This document shows positions 39,002 through 49,933 of a stretch of DNA of 64,000 bases, piece by piece. The notes beneath the pieces are model-generated. The model had not been told where the DNA came from and searched no databases. It was given only the letters and a program-made list of their open reading frames with translations. Position 1 is the stretch's first letter. Each line of letters starts with the position of its first letter. Position numbers and translations under genes: made by a program. The stretch is from Candidatus Latescibacterota bacterium (lineage in GTDB: Bacteria > Latescibacterota > UBA2968): positions 4,928,001-4,992,000 of the forward strand of contig OZ242010.1 of NCBI GenBank assembly GCA_965204745.1, in the 5' to 3' direction.

Positions 39002-41409
39002 CTCCACTCATGGAAGCTAGCTCGTATTGAAAATCCGCGCTCGTCCAGTCGTTTGGTGGCGTCGAGGCGCAGGATGCGGGACCAGTTTAGGGCGATGCCG
39101 GCTTCGTGGTAGAATTTGTCGAGGACATGGGGCGCGTATTGCAAGGCGTTCAACTTTTCTTGGGATATCCATGTTCGCCCGGATCCGCCGTATAAGATGG
39201 TCTCAAAGCCATTTCTTGCCAAATAACCCAGATTGAAAATTTCAAAGGGCGCGGCGCGAAAATTGTGTTGCCAGTACACCCCCAAATACTTTTCGCCTTC
39301 GTAGGGATAGTCGCCCAAGTGCCGAAACGTGCCAAACGAGGTGACGGGTCGCCACACATCTAAAACGCCAAAACGCTGCACGGGCAAATCGCCTGCACTC
39401 GTGCCAGCCACAACGCGCACATCCAAAACATTGGGATTTGCACGCCGCTTCAAAAAGGTCTCAACGCGCCAATCAACCCCCAACTCGCATTTGAAAAAAG
39501 AGAAATCGCTCGACAAGAGATCGGGCGAACTCCATTCAATGCGTGCAACCGTGCGTTTGTACCGAGACTTCGCAAAAGTCAATGCGAAATCAACAGAACG
39601 CAACCGGCCCTCGTCAATGGGCGGATTTGCGCGTTGGACTATATCCCTGCCCAAGATATTGAAATCCGTCTGCTTGCGTAGGGACTCGTGCTTGGCATCA
39701 CGCACGCTTGCAGTTAGCCTAATTTTGCCGCGGGAAAGGGATTGCGAAATCTCAACCGCCGTGGATTCGCGCCAATAGTAGTCGTAGTAATCGTCCCATC
39801 CCAACAGGGAGAGGGCGTTATTGACCGACAACATTTCGCTTACCCTGCGAGACCCGTAATGATGCGAACGATAGCGTTCGGCAATCTCGGTTTGATGGCG
39901 AATGGACAACCGCCCCGGATCGCCCGAACGCATCCTGCCCCACTCGTGCCAAAATTCAACGCGATAGAGATAACGGGCGGGGCCTTGGGCATAGCCGCCT
40001 TCCAAGAACACGCGATGTCGCCTGCCCGTAGCCGAGTTGATCACCCCCACACCCATTCGCATTCTGCCTTCCGCCATGCTGACGCGGTTATAGTCGCCTC
40101 TCAATCCCCAATCGACAACGGGGCTATATCCCTTGCGCGGAGACTTTGTCGGCAATTTTAATGGCCCCGCGCTCATGGTCACCCAACGCGCGAGAGGCCC
40201 AGAAGGCGGGAATGCCTTGCGAAGCGTGAGGGTTTCGTCAATTTCCCGATACGCCTTTTCCCCGCGTGCCGAGAGGGGTATTCTATCTATAAATTTTGTG
40301 AACAGGCTGTCCGCTCGAACCGAAGCCTCATCGACCAAAACCCGTTGGGTTGTCTCGTAAAGCGGCGCGGAAAGGGCCTCGTTGATCTCGAAATTTGATA
40401 ATTGTGTAGTGACCGTGGCTTTGCCTGTGGGCGTGCGAATCGCGCCGGGAATCGCGACCCTGCCCGCAATGTCCATGTGAAAATCAATGGGCAACCACAT
40501 CGCGTCGCCAAATGCCTGAAATTGTTGGAGAAAGGACACTTGCACCCGTGCAAAGGGCATGAATGAAAATGCAAGCGGACTGGGTTTTAATTCGGCACGC
40601 AGGATCACAAAAGCTCCATCCAAAACAAAGACTCGGCCCGTAAAGGCGGGTTGGAGTTTGGTTTTGGGATGGACGGAGATTTCGTAGATGACTTGTTTGC
40701 CATTGTATTGTTGCTCGCGCAACTGAAAGTGGTAATAATCGAGCGCGTCTGGATGCGTTGGCCCAATGATGCGGTTCCCGGCGAAAACGATCTCATCGTC
40801 GTAGATGTTGGGGAATGCGTGAAGCGATTTGACGAGGGAAAAGGTGTGCAACCATTCGGGCACATTTTTGGTGTGGCGTTTCGACAGGATGACTTCACGA
40901 GAACCCAAGTCCGCGTCCCAATGAATTTCTGATATGAGATCGCCCATGCCGACAATGCGCGCTTCGTTTTCGATATTTTCGACGACTTGGCGCGTGTACG
41001 CCATGGCCCGAAAACGCTTGAGAGTGGAACGCCACTGGCGCTTTCGGGCGATGACTTTTCGCATGATGCCCGCGCCCATGCCGGGCGTTATGACGACTTC
41101 CTCAAACGGGTACGCGATGGGTTGCATGCGGATGGACAGGGATTCGGTCACATCGTTCACCAACACCTCTTGATCCGCGTACCCAATATGCGTGATGATC
41201 AGCGCGACGGGCAATTCTGAAACCCCGATCAAAAACGCGCCATCCTCATTCGCTATGGTTGCAAGAGACGTATTCTTCGCTCTGATATTAGCAGTCGGCA
41301 ACGGCTGTCCGCTACTGCTATCGACAATTTCGCCTGTGAGCAGAACTCGTGCATTCGCACTCACACACAATCCCAAGTAGCAATATCCCACAAAAAAGAA
41401 AATTCTCAT
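38998..41409 (-). CDS. Carboxypeptidase-regulatory-like + DUF5686 outer-membrane protein
   Basis: GEIVDSSSGQPLPTANI...IGY, DYYHFQL, ISVHPK...FTG; beta-barrel-like C-terminus. Confidence 0.8.
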   Translation of the reverse strand: MRIFFFVGYCYLGLCVSANARVLLTGEIVDSSSGQPLPTANIRAKNTSLATIANEDGAFLIGVSELPVALIITHIGYADQEVLVNDVTESLSIRMQPIAYPFEEVVITPGMGAGIMRKVIARKRQWRSTLKRFRAMAYTRQVVENIENEARIVGMGDLISEIHWDADLGSREVILSKRHTKNVPEWLHTFSLVKSLHAFPNIYDDEIVFAGNRIIGPTHPDALDYYHFQLREQQYNGKQVIYEISVHPKTKLQPAFTGRVFVLDGAFVILRAELKPSPLAFSFMPFARVQVSFLQQFQAFGDAMWLPIDFHMDIAGRVAIPGAIRTPTGKATVTTQLSNFEINEALSAPLYETTQRVLVDEASVRADSLFTKFIDRIPLSARGEKAYREIDETLTLRKAFPPSGPLARWVTMSAGPLKLPTKSPRKGYSPVVDWGLRGDYNRVSMAEGRMRMGVGVINSATGRRHRVFLEGGYAQGPARYLYRVEFWHEWGRMRSGDPGRLSIRHQTEIAERYRSHHYGSRRVSEMLSVNNALSLLGWDDYYDYYWRESTAVEISQSLSRGKIRLTASVRDAKHESLRKQTDFNILGRDIVQRANPPIDEGRLRSVDFALTFAKSRYKRTVARIEWSSPDLLSSDFSFFKCELGVDWRVETFLKRRANPNVLDVRVVAGTSAGDLPVQRFGVLDVWRPVTSFGTFRHLGDYPYEGEKYLGVYWQHNFRAAPFEIFNLGYLARNGFETILYGGSGRTWISQEKLNALQYAPHVLDKFYHEAGIALNWSRILRLDATKRLDERGFSIRASFHEWR

Positions 41410-41459
41410 GGTAGCCTCTTTAAGAGGTCTTGACTAAGCAAAGTAAATGTCAACACAAC

Positions 41460-42191
41460 CTAAAAGTATTTCATGAAACCAACCGAAACAACAAAGCCAC
41501 TGAAATCCCCTGGCTGGAATAAGTTTTCAGAAAATCGAATATAATGATGGTAGCCGTTCACAGTAATTGCAGCGTCCAAATTCTCGCCGACAAGAATATC
41601 AAAACCACCACCGACAAAAGCACCAAAGGCAAATGATATTTTGGGGAGTTGTTGTGGAAACACAAGGTCTAAGAGAAGGTTAATGTCTGAAACGATAGCG
41701 TTGGTATGCGACTGGATGCGATCAGGGGCAATCTGTTCTTGGTGATCGAGACGGATATAAGGTCCAATGCCAACTTCCAAATGGGGCACAAAATGAGATA
41801 AAAATCCGAGCGAACCTTGAAATCCAAACGGAAAGGAAAGAACAGTAACGCTCTCTATGTATGGATTGTTCGCAACTTTGAGCTTTTTTGAAACATGAGA
41901 CGCGCTATATGCGATGAACTCAAAACCGAGCCTGGTTGCAAAAACAGAATTGAGCTTGCGATGATAGTTCCAACGACCACCACCACCCCCTGATGTCATA
42001 GAGAGTGCAGCACTAAAACTATTCCGCAGAATTTTTGAACCCTCATCATTCAGTCCAGATCCAAGGGATCGACGCACTTTCTCTATGCGGTGAACGGATG
42101 GCTTAAGCGTTTCCGCCTGTGCTGGATAGATATACAGGCCAAACAGAAGACCAAGACAGAGAAAGCCCCGAAATTTATTGGGATAAGACAT
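41460..42191 (-). CDS. Hypothetical outer-membrane beta-barrel protein
   Basis: Signal peptide, amphipathic strands, C-terminal aromatic residue (GFMKYF); AT-rich. Confidence 0.6.
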   Translation of the reverse strand: MSYPNKFRGFLCLGLLFGLYIYPAQAETLKPSVHRIEKVRRSLGSGLNDEGSKILRNSFSAALSMTSGGGGGRWNYHRKLNSVFATRLGFEFIAYSASHVSKKLKVANNPYIESVTVLSFPFGFQGSLGFLSHFVPHLEVGIGPYIRLDHQEQIAPDRIQSHTNAIVSDINLLLDLVFPQQLPKISFAFGAFVGGGFDILVGENLDAAITVNGYHHYIRFSENLFQPGDFSGFVVSVGFMKYF

Positions 42192-42408
42192 TTCTCTCTC
42201 CTTATTCTTTTTAGAAGAACCGCCCAGTTGTATCCCGCTCCATCTATTCGTCCACTCGGACGGACACAGGGGCCGCGCCCAAAAAGGTGAGAGGCAAGAC
42301 GTGAGAAGGCCACCCCCCTTGCATCTTCGGACGAGCACAGGGGCATCGCCCCTCCATCTGCGCCCTCTGCACGATCTGCGAACCGCCTTTGGGCGGCGAT
42401 GGGCGGGG

Positions 42409-42449
42409 ACTGACCACTGACCACTGACTACTGACTACTGACTACTGAC
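42409..42449. repeat. (ACTGACC/ACTGACT)n heptamer array overlapping the prpD stop codon
   Basis: About 6 copies. Confidence 0.9.
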
Positions 42450-43856
42450 GGTTGAACGGACGACGAACAGATCCATAAACGCGCACACGGGCATGGTGTC
42501 GAAATCTGGGCTTTCAAACGTGTGCAGTATTTTTTGTACCTGATGATCCGAGAACCGGGTGGACATGTTTTGCGTGAACTTTTCCAGCAACAGGGGCGCG
42601 GCCTCATCTCGTCTTCTGCGATGCCCGATGGGGTATTCAACTGTGATGGCCTCGGTGCTCGTCCCGTCGTCGAAAAACACCTGCACGGTATTGGCGATGG
42701 ACCGCTTGTGCGGATCGTGGTAATCCCGCGTGAACTGCGCGTTCTCCGCCACCACCATCTTTGCTCGCAGTGCGTCGATGCGTGCGTCTTGGGCGCGTTC
42801 GTCCTCGTAGTCGTCTGCGGTCAACGCGCCGAAAATCAGCCCCATTGCCACCATGTATTGCAAGCAGTGATCGCGGTCCGCCGGATTGTGCAAGGGGCCG
42901 GTCTTGTCGATAATTTTGATCGCGGCTTCGTGCGTGGTAATCTCCACGCGCTGGACGGACGCAATCCTGTGGGCCACCTGATCGTGCAAGACAAACGCGG
43001 CCTCGACTGCGGTTTGCGCGTGAAATTCAGCGGGAAAAGACACCTTGAACAGAATGTTCTCCATCACGTAAGCACCGTACGCACGTTGAAACCGAAACCG
43101 GTCGCCGTTCCACATCCGGTCGTAAAAACCCCAGCCGGGCGCGGACAGCGCGGTTGGATAGCCCATTTCCCCGCGCTTTGTTTGCAATGCCAAAAACGCG
43201 CCGCGCGCGGTGGCATCGCCTGCGGCCCAACTCTTGCGCGACCCGGTATTGGGCGCGTGGCGATAGGTTCGCAACGGGCCTAAATCGCACCACACCTGCG
43301 ACGCGGCGTCCGCGATTCGCGCCTCATCGCACCCCAACAGGCCCGCCGCGACCGCTGCACTCGCCAGTTTCACCAAGATCACATGATCCAACCCGCGGGC
43401 ATTAAAACTGTTTTCCAGTGCCATCACGCCTTGAATCTCGTGCGCCTTGATCATCGCGGTCAGCACATCCCGCATCACCACCGCGTGGCGCGTGCGCGAC
43501 AACCAGTCCGCGATGCCGAGAATCGCGCCCAAATTGTCGGACGGATGCCCCCATTCCGCCGCCAACCACGTATCATTAAAATCCAGCCAGCGCACCGCCG
43601 TGCCGATATTAAACGCCGCGGTCACCGGATCGAGTTCAAAATCCGTGCCCGGCACGCGTGCGCCATGGGGCACCACGGTTCCGGGAACGACCGGACCGAG
43701 CATCTTCGCGCACTCGGCAAATCGCAACGCCAACACCGCGCAACCCAAGCTGTCCATCAAACACAGGCGCGCGGTCCGAAACGCCTCCTCAGAAATCACG
43801 TCGTAATGGCGCACGTATTGCGCGATATCCAACAATTCGATATCGGGTTGATTCAT
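42435..43856 (-). CDS. prpD: 2-methylcitrate dehydratase
   Basis: [69 protein letters not shown]. Confidence 0.96.
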   Translation of the reverse strand: MNQPDIELLDIAQYVRHYDVISEEAFRTARLCLMDSLGCAVLALRFAECAKMLGPVVPGTVVPHGARVPGTDFELDPVTAAFNIGTAVRWLDFNDTWLAAEWGHPSDNLGAILGIADWLSRTRHAVVMRDVLTAMIKAHEIQGVMALENSFNARGLDHVILVKLASAAVAAGLLGCDEARIADAASQVWCDLGPLRTYRHAPNTGSRKSWAAGDATARGAFLALQTKRGEMGYPTALSAPGWGFYDRMWNGDRFRFQRAYGAYVMENILFKVSFPAEFHAQTAVEAAFVLHDQVAHRIASVQRVEITTHEAAIKIIDKTGPLHNPADRDHCLQYMVAMGLIFGALTADDYEDERAQDARIDALRAKMVVAENAQFTRDYHDPHKRSIANTVQVFFDDGTSTEAITVEYPIGHRRRRDEAAPLLLEKFTQNMSTRFSDHQVQKILHTFESPDFDTMPVCAFMDLFVVRSTVSSQ

Positions 43857-44155
43857 GGCAAACCTCAAAGGCGAAAGCAAAGTCGCTGGCGTTGGCTACC
43901 CCAGGGTTGGTGCGGATGGATGGATCAGTGAAAACAGACGAACCGAAAAAACAGCACGGCGGGCTTCAAGACGCCATTGGCAAACACGTTCAGCGCGGTT
44001 TGGACGCGAAATGTACGCGTGCGCCACAGGTGGGCCAATCGGAAAAAAACACCCACAAATTCTGGGTGTTTTTGACTGTGAATCGGGCTGTTTTTTTTAG
44101 ACATGGTTTCAAAATTTTACGCGCCGCTAAGTACGGAGATTATCATAGCCCATAT

Positions 44156-44572
44156 TCAGAAACCACCGAACCAAATGAGAACGCCCAGTGTTACGGTCAT
44201 GGAAATCAGGAGGATGATAGTCCACTTGAACATGCGGGAGAAGCTGGACTCGATCTTGTCGAAGCCCTCGGACATATTTTTTTCAAATTCGTCGAATCGC
44301 TTTTCAAAATCATCAAAAGCCTGCTTCATTTCCTCAAAGGAATGCTCCATCTTTTCAAACTGATCGAACAGCGAATCCAGCTCGGATCGCTCGCGGCCCG
44401 TCAGCACGCGATAGGCATGGGCGCCCTTTTTGAACGCCTCTTCGGCGTCTGGATTGTTCGGATTGCGGTCGGGGTGATGCTGAAGCGCGTAGCGGCGGAA
44501 TGCGCGCTTGATCGCGTCTTCAGAGGCGTTCTCATCAACGCCCAAAATCTCGCGGGCTTGTCGTCGTCTCAT
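44156..44572 (-). CDS. J-domain (DnaJ) protein with coiled coil and C-terminal TM anchor
   Basis: ILGV...IKRAFRRYALQHHPDRNP, heptad F-x6 repeats, hydrophobic tail. Confidence 0.8.
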   Translation of the reverse strand: MRRRQAREILGVDENASEDAIKRAFRRYALQHHPDRNPNNPDAEEAFKKGAHAYRVLTGRERSELDSLFDQFEKMEHSFEEMKQAFDDFEKRFDEFEKNMSEGFDKIESSFSRMFKWTIILLISMTVTLGVLIWFGGF

Positions 44573-44800
44573 AGGTTCACTCGTGGAAAGGGGAAGCAGT
44601 GGTCAGTTGTCGGTGGTCAGTGGTCAGTCCCCGCCTTGCACCGCCCCAAGTGGTCGCGGGTAGCGGTAGGACTGAAAGCCATAACCCAAAATACGGCACA
44701 TGCCGAGAAAATGCAAGCGAGAGGCGGAGAAACCCCTCGCGTTTTTTTGTTTTTTTCGGCAGACATACCTTATATTTTTTACACTCAAAAGGAGGCGGTC

Positions 44801-45601
44801 ATGTTTTGCGACACGCAACGACGGCAGTACAGGAAGCAGGGGTTTTTTGTCGTGGATGATGCCGTGGATCCCGATCTGTTGCAACCCCTGTTGGCGGCCG
44901 CGATTCGCGCCAAGCAAAAGGTGCGCGCAGGCGAGGTGGATTTGTACACGCACCGCTCCGCAGATGGCGAACCCTGGGCCATTCGCGGGTTGTTCGCGCC
45001 CGAGATGGACGAACCGATTTTCGCCGAGTACCTGATGTCTGAACCCGTGATGAAATACATGCGTCCGTTTTTGGGCACGCGATTGCAGTTGGGCGGCGTG
45101 CTCATTTTCACGAATCCGTATCAGGCGGATTACGGGTTTGGTTGGCATCGGGATTTTGGGGGCAATGAACGCGACGGGTCGTATCGGATGGAAATGCAAA
45201 TTTTGAATCGCCCACAGCGGAGTTTGAAATGGCATCTCGCGCTGGTGGATGATCACTGTTTGCAACTTGTGCCGGGCAGCCACAAGCGGTATCGCACGGC
45301 TCACGAGCGCAAGTGCTTGTTGGAGGAACGCCACGACGATATTCCCGGTCAATACGCCGTGCCCCTCAAGGCCGGGCAAACCGCGTTTTGGAGTGGCAAT
45401 TTGATCCATCGCGGGGTGATGGCAAAAGATGTGGAACGCTTGACGCTGGCGGGCAGTTGGAGCATGTACACGCCGGGCAGTGAACCCACCGAGACAGACC
45501 CGCGCCTGAAATGGATGCTGGCGGACAATGTGCGCGGGTTCTTGCCAAAAGAAATGCGTCCGTTGTACGACCGCTGGCGAGAAGGACAAGTTGAAAGTTG
45601 A
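44801..45601 (+). CDS. Phytanoyl-CoA dioxygenase (PhyH) family protein
   Basis: YRKQGF, WHRD, LVPGSH, LIHRG; AAGGAGG RBS. Confidence 0.88.
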   Translation: MFCDTQRRQYRKQGFFVVDDAVDPDLLQPLLAAAIRAKQKVRAGEVDLYTHRSADGEPWAIRGLFAPEMDEPIFAEYLMSEPVMKYMRPFLGTRLQLGGVLIFTNPYQADYGFGWHRDFGGNERDGSYRMEMQILNRPQRSLKWHLALVDDHCLQLVPGSHKRYRTAHERKCLLEERHDDIPGQYAVPLKAGQTAFWSGNLIHRGVMAKDVERLTLAGSWSMYTPGSEPTETDPRLKWMLADNVRGFLPKEMRPLYDRWREGQVES

Positions 45602-45629
45602 TTGCCCCTCATCTGCGTTTATCTGTTCC

Positions 45630-45938
45630 ATGCAAATCGACAAAAAATACGCTCGGATCTACAACGAGGTCGCCAAAATTCCCGAAGGCACAGTGGCGAC
45701 CTATGGGCAAATCGCGGAGCGGGTGGGGTGTGGGCCGCGCGAAGTGGGCAAGGCTCTATCGGAACTGCCTCCCGACATCCCTTGCCCTTGGCACCGGGTC
45801 ATCAATGCGCGGGGGATGGTGTCAATCCGCAGTGGAAATCACCTGGCGCACCACACTCAGGAAGCCCGCCTCGAAGCAGAAGGCGTCGTTTTTGTCAATG
45901 GACGAGTCGATCTCGAAGTTTATAGATGGGAGGAATAG
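45630..45938 (+). CDS. MGMT-family alkyltransferase-like (Atl) protein
   Basis: IPEGTVATYGQIA, PWHRV (Trp in place of the active-site Cys), LEAEGV. Confidence 0.88.
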   Translation: MQIDKKYARIYNEVAKIPEGTVATYGQIAERVGCGPREVGKALSELPPDIPCPWHRVINARGMVSIRSGNHLAHHTQEARLEAEGVVFVNGRVDLEVYRWEE

Positions 45939-46009
45939 ATGCGGGGACGGGGGTAAGTAACGGTTTTTTCGTGTCCGCGATTCAGACATGTGTGCCTATC
46001 TCCGCTTCC

Positions 46010-46215
46010 GCACCACCGCCCAAGTGCGTGCCCCGCTCATCCACCCCGCCACCCGTGCGTCCCCTTCCCGACACCGCCCCGCCAAGTGCGATCCCATCCG
46101 CTACCCTACCCCGCCGTGTGCGTGCCCTTCCGCTCCCCCCATCCGCCGTGTGCGTTAACCCCGTCTTTTCCCTCTCCCGTCTCACCTCTTGCCTCTCCCG
46201 TCTTACCTCTTACCG
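46010..46215. repeat. Degenerate ~30-bp C-rich tandem repeat followed by a CCTCT-type heptamer array
   Basis: Five CCGCC..GTGCG units, then cctctcc cgtctca cctcttg cctctcc cgtctta cctctta. Confidence 0.7.
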
Positions 46216-46250
46216 AAGGGCGGTTGGGCAGGGTGGACTTGACAACTGAT

Positions 46251-47427
46251 TCACGCCCCGAGTGCCCAACCGACGGGCAGGGCCATAACCCCATCGCCGA
46301 GGTCGTGAATGCGCGGATCGTTGGAGAGCACCACGGCTTGCGAGATGGGTTTGTCCAAAATCGCATCGAGATTGCGTAAATGGCGGGCGTCTGTGGCAAC
46401 AATGCGTTCCGCCATTTTTATTTCAATGGGCACAAAGCCCGTTTCGGTTTCGAGCAACAAATCGACCTCGCGCCCATCCGCCGTGCGAAGGTGGTGACAA
46501 TCAATGGGCAAGCGGCTGTTGTGAATTTGTTTGTAGATTTCGGAAACCACCGCACTTTCAAATTCATGACCCGTGGGTTGACCGCGCCGGTTGAGCAATG
46601 CGCGCTGAATGCCCGGATCGAGAAAGTGAACTTTTGGGGCTTTGGACAGGCGTTTGTTGAGGTTGCGAAACCACGGTTGCAACAGGATGACTTGGTAGCT
46701 GATTTCGAGATAGGAAAGAAAGCGTTTGACGGTCTTGGCCGTCACGCCCGCGAGTTGCGCGAGTTCATTCATGTTGAGTAATGCGCCCGTCAACCCGGCC
46801 AATGCGCGTTGCATGCGGGCAAACGGATTGAGATCGCGCAAATTGGCGAGATCGCGCAAGTCGCGCTGGAGATAGGTTTGGATGTAATCGCGCAACCAAT
46901 CGTATTTATCTCGCGCTGTGAGCATGGGATCGACGACGGCCGGCATGGCGCCAAAGTTCAAGTAATGCGCGATGTGATGCGCGGTTTGTGCGTAGCGTTC
47001 GCTTTGAAGGGGCATGCCCGAATGCAAAACATCGCGGTCACCGGTTTTTAGAAATTGGATCAGTCTGGACTCCAAAACGGGATCATCCCACGACTCCGTC
47101 AACATTTCCGGCAAGGTGAGGGGATAGAGTTCGACCAATGAGATGCGCCCGGCCAAACTCTCGCGGATCTGTTCCATCAACAAAATTTGGCTGGAACCGA
47201 GCAAGAGGCAACGGGCGTCGGGATACTGGTCGTACACGGCTTTGACGGATTCGATGAGCGCGGGGGCTTTTTGCACTTCGTCCAAAACGACGACCGGATA
47301 CTGCTGATACCACTGCGCCGCTGACAGCGCGGCAAAGTCCGGGCGCGTGATGGGGTCTTCGAGGGAAATGTAGCAATAGTCGGGAAATCCGGTTTGCACG
47401 AGTGTGGTCTTGCCGGTTTGTCGCGCA
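46251..47427 (-). pseudogene. AAA_14 + DUF4143 ATPase, 5'-truncated at Walker A
   Basis: (G)ARQTGKTTL at the break, LDEVQK, GSS, ESLAGR, LSKAPKVHFLDPG, EVDLL; no N-terminus or RBS. Confidence 0.8.
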
Positions 47428-49319
47428 TGGGCATCGCTACTTCACGCTTTCGGACAGCGACAGCCAGTTGCGCTGCGTGATGTGGTGGTCGCGTCCCATC
47501 GGTGGATTTCATCCGGAATTGGGCATGGCCGCGTTGGCACAGGGCCAATTGACGGTGTACGAACGCCGGGGCGAGTACCAGTTCAATGTGTTCCACTTGT
47601 TGCCCGCAGGCGAGGGGCAACAGCAACTCGCCTTTGAAGCATTGAAGCAGAAATTGGCAGACGAGGGCCTGTTTGACCAAGACCGCAAACGCCCCCTGCC
47701 CGAATACCCCCGCGGCATTGGGGTGGTCACGTCTCGAACCGGCGCGGCTTTTCGGGATATTTTGGACGTGTTGAACCGGCGGTTTGCCGGGGTTCGCGTC
47801 GTGTTGCGGCACGCGCTCGTGCAAGGGGAGGGCGCGCCAGAGGAAATTGCACAGGGCATTGCGGACCTGAATGCGTTTGGCGAAGTCGATGTGCTCATCA
47901 TCGGGCGCGGTGGCGGGTCCGCAGAGGATTTGGCTGCGTTTAATGACGAGCGCGTGGTGCGGGCCATTGCCCAGTCCGATATTCCCACCATTTCAGCCGT
48001 CGGGCACGAGATCGACATCTCGCTTGCGGACCTCGCCGCGGATGTGCGTGCGCCAACGCCTTCTGTTGCCGCGGAAATTGCGGTGCGCGATGTGGCGGAG
48101 GTGCGCGAACGAGTCGGGCGGCTCACCCTGCGCGGTCGCGATGCCCTAAAGCGGTTGTTAGGTTCTGTTGACATTTTGTTTTAGAGCGATGAGCGTGGCC
48201 GCAAAAGCGAGAAAGCCTCGATAACTCGTGCTGAGTTTCTCAAAGCGAGCGAATATCCTGCGATACTGCTTCATTTTTCCAATCAACCGCTCAATCAAAT
48301 TGCGTTGCTTATACCGATGGCGATCATAATCACGCGGGGTCTTGCGATAAGACCGGGGCGGAATCACGGCAACCTGTCCATGGTGAGAAAGGACGTCCAG
48401 AAACGCTTGTGAATCATAGCCCTTATCCGCGATGACAGATCGGCTCTCATACCCAGCGATTAACGCTTCGGCTTGCGTGATATCGTGGGTTTGTCCCGGT
48501 GTGAGTCGAAACCGGAGCGGGAGGCCACGCGCATCTGTGCAGAGATGGATTTTGGTGCTGAACCCGCCTCGGCTCTTGCCGAGGGCTTGCGCGGCTTGCC
48601 CCCCTTTTTTTTTGAGGCACCCGCTGCACAGGCATGAGCACGCACGACAGTGCTGTCAATGATCAGACATGCCAAGTCTGGATCAGACGTAAAATGCTGG
48701 TGCATGCGTTCCCACACGCCATACCGGCACCAGCGAGCAAAGCGTTTATAGACTGTGTTCCACTTCCCGTACTGTGCGGGCAACTGACGCCACTGACCAC
48801 CCGAGCGCATCACCCACAGAACCGCTTCAATGAAGCGTTTGCAACCGGCTTCCTCGCCGACATAGACGCGAGGGCATTCGCGGATGAATGCGAGAATTTT
48901 AGGCCACTGATTCGGAGAAAGAATAAGGTTTGACATACACACAGAGTAACTCAAAATATCCCAAATGTCAACAGAACCTAGACGAGAACGCGGATCTGCT
49001 GGAATCCTACGAAGATAGCTACGGCATGCGGCGCATGGCCGATTTGATCGACCAACACGCGCAACACGTCGACGAATTGCACGGCGATTTGTACGCGCTT
49101 TTGCGCCGGTTGTTGGAAACGCGATGGGCGGATTACCGCCGGCTCACGGGCAAACTCGGCTCGCTCAACCCCCTATCCGTGCTCGCGCGCGGCTTTGGTA
49201 TCATCCAGCGCGAAGACGGGTCGATAGTGTCCGATGCACATGTCTTGACGCCCGAAGAACGCCTGTCTATCAAGTTCGCAAAAGGCGAGGCGATCTGCCG
49301 GGTTGAGGACGTAAGATGA
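47428..49319 (+). pseudogene. xseA: Exodeoxyribonuclease VII large subunit, 5'-truncated and interrupted by an IS5-family element
   Basis: GHRYFTL, GVVTSRTGAA, VQGEGA, GRGGGSAEDL, SAVGHE, RAPTPS; the frame rejoins across the IS (RLL|DENA) to LNPLSVLARG. Confidence 0.9.
48161..48978 (-). mobile_element. IS5 family (IS427-group-like) element with programmed frameshift
   Basis: 16-bp IR GGTTCTGTTGACATTT/AAATGTCAACAGAACC, TA duplication, orfA and orfB joined by an A9G6 slippery run (~48599-48613), DDE motifs IDST, ADKGYD, RNLIER. Confidence 0.92.
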
Positions 49320-49600
49320 GATTTTAGCCACAAAAGGCACAAAAGGCACAAAAGGGGTATAAGACGTAAGATGAGATTTTAGCCACAAAAGGCACGAGCG
49401 GGGTACAACTGGCGATAGCCAGTTCAAAGGCACAAAAGGGGTATAACTGGCGATAGTCCGTTCAAAGGCGAGCGGTGTGTGTAGGGGCGATGCCCCCGTG
49501 CTCGCCCGAAGATACAAGAGGGGAGATGCAGTAGTCAGTAGTCAGTAGTCAGTGGTCAGTGGTCAGTGGTCAGTGGTCAGTGGTCAGTGGTCAGTTCCCG
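49308..49600. repeat. Mosaic intergenic repeat cluster (CACAAAAGG 9-mers, TACAACTGGCGATAG module, REP-like palindrome, heptamer array 49529-49595)
   Basis: Direct inspection; shares modules with 34500-34785. Confidence 0.85.
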
Positions 49601-49682
49601 CCCTTCCACCCCGAGGCAATGGATGTGTAGAGGTGTAGAGGTGTAGGGACGCGGCTTCCGCCCAATTCACAAAGGCAATTCA

Positions 49683-49922
49683 ATGGCGAAAGAGAAAGCG
49701 GAAAATCCCACATTTGAAGCGGCGTTGAAGCAGTTGGAAACCGTTGTCGAGCAGTTGGAAGAGGGCACATTGCCCTTGTCCGAAGCCCTGCGAGTATTCG
49801 AGGAAGGGCTGACCGCATCCAACCATTGCCGCTATTTGCTCGAAGACGCCCGGCAACGGGTCGACGTGTTGCTGCGCGACAGCGATGGAAAATTTGAACC
49901 GGTGTCGCTGGATACCGAATAA
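49683..49922 (+). CDS. xseB: Exodeoxyribonuclease VII small subunit
   Basis: FEAALKQLETVVEQLEEGTLPLSEAL..FEEG; follows xseA. Confidence 0.93.
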   Translation: MAKEKAENPTFEAALKQLETVVEQLEEGTLPLSEALRVFEEGLTASNHCRYLLEDARQRVDVLLRDSDGKFEPVSLDTE

Positions 49923-49933
49923 TTTGGAGGCGA

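Noticed and set aside
43658-44800. N-terminal extension of the 647-aa ORF
   Set aside because: Overlaps prpD and the J-domain gene antisense; the real PhyH start is 44801 with an AAGGAGG RBS
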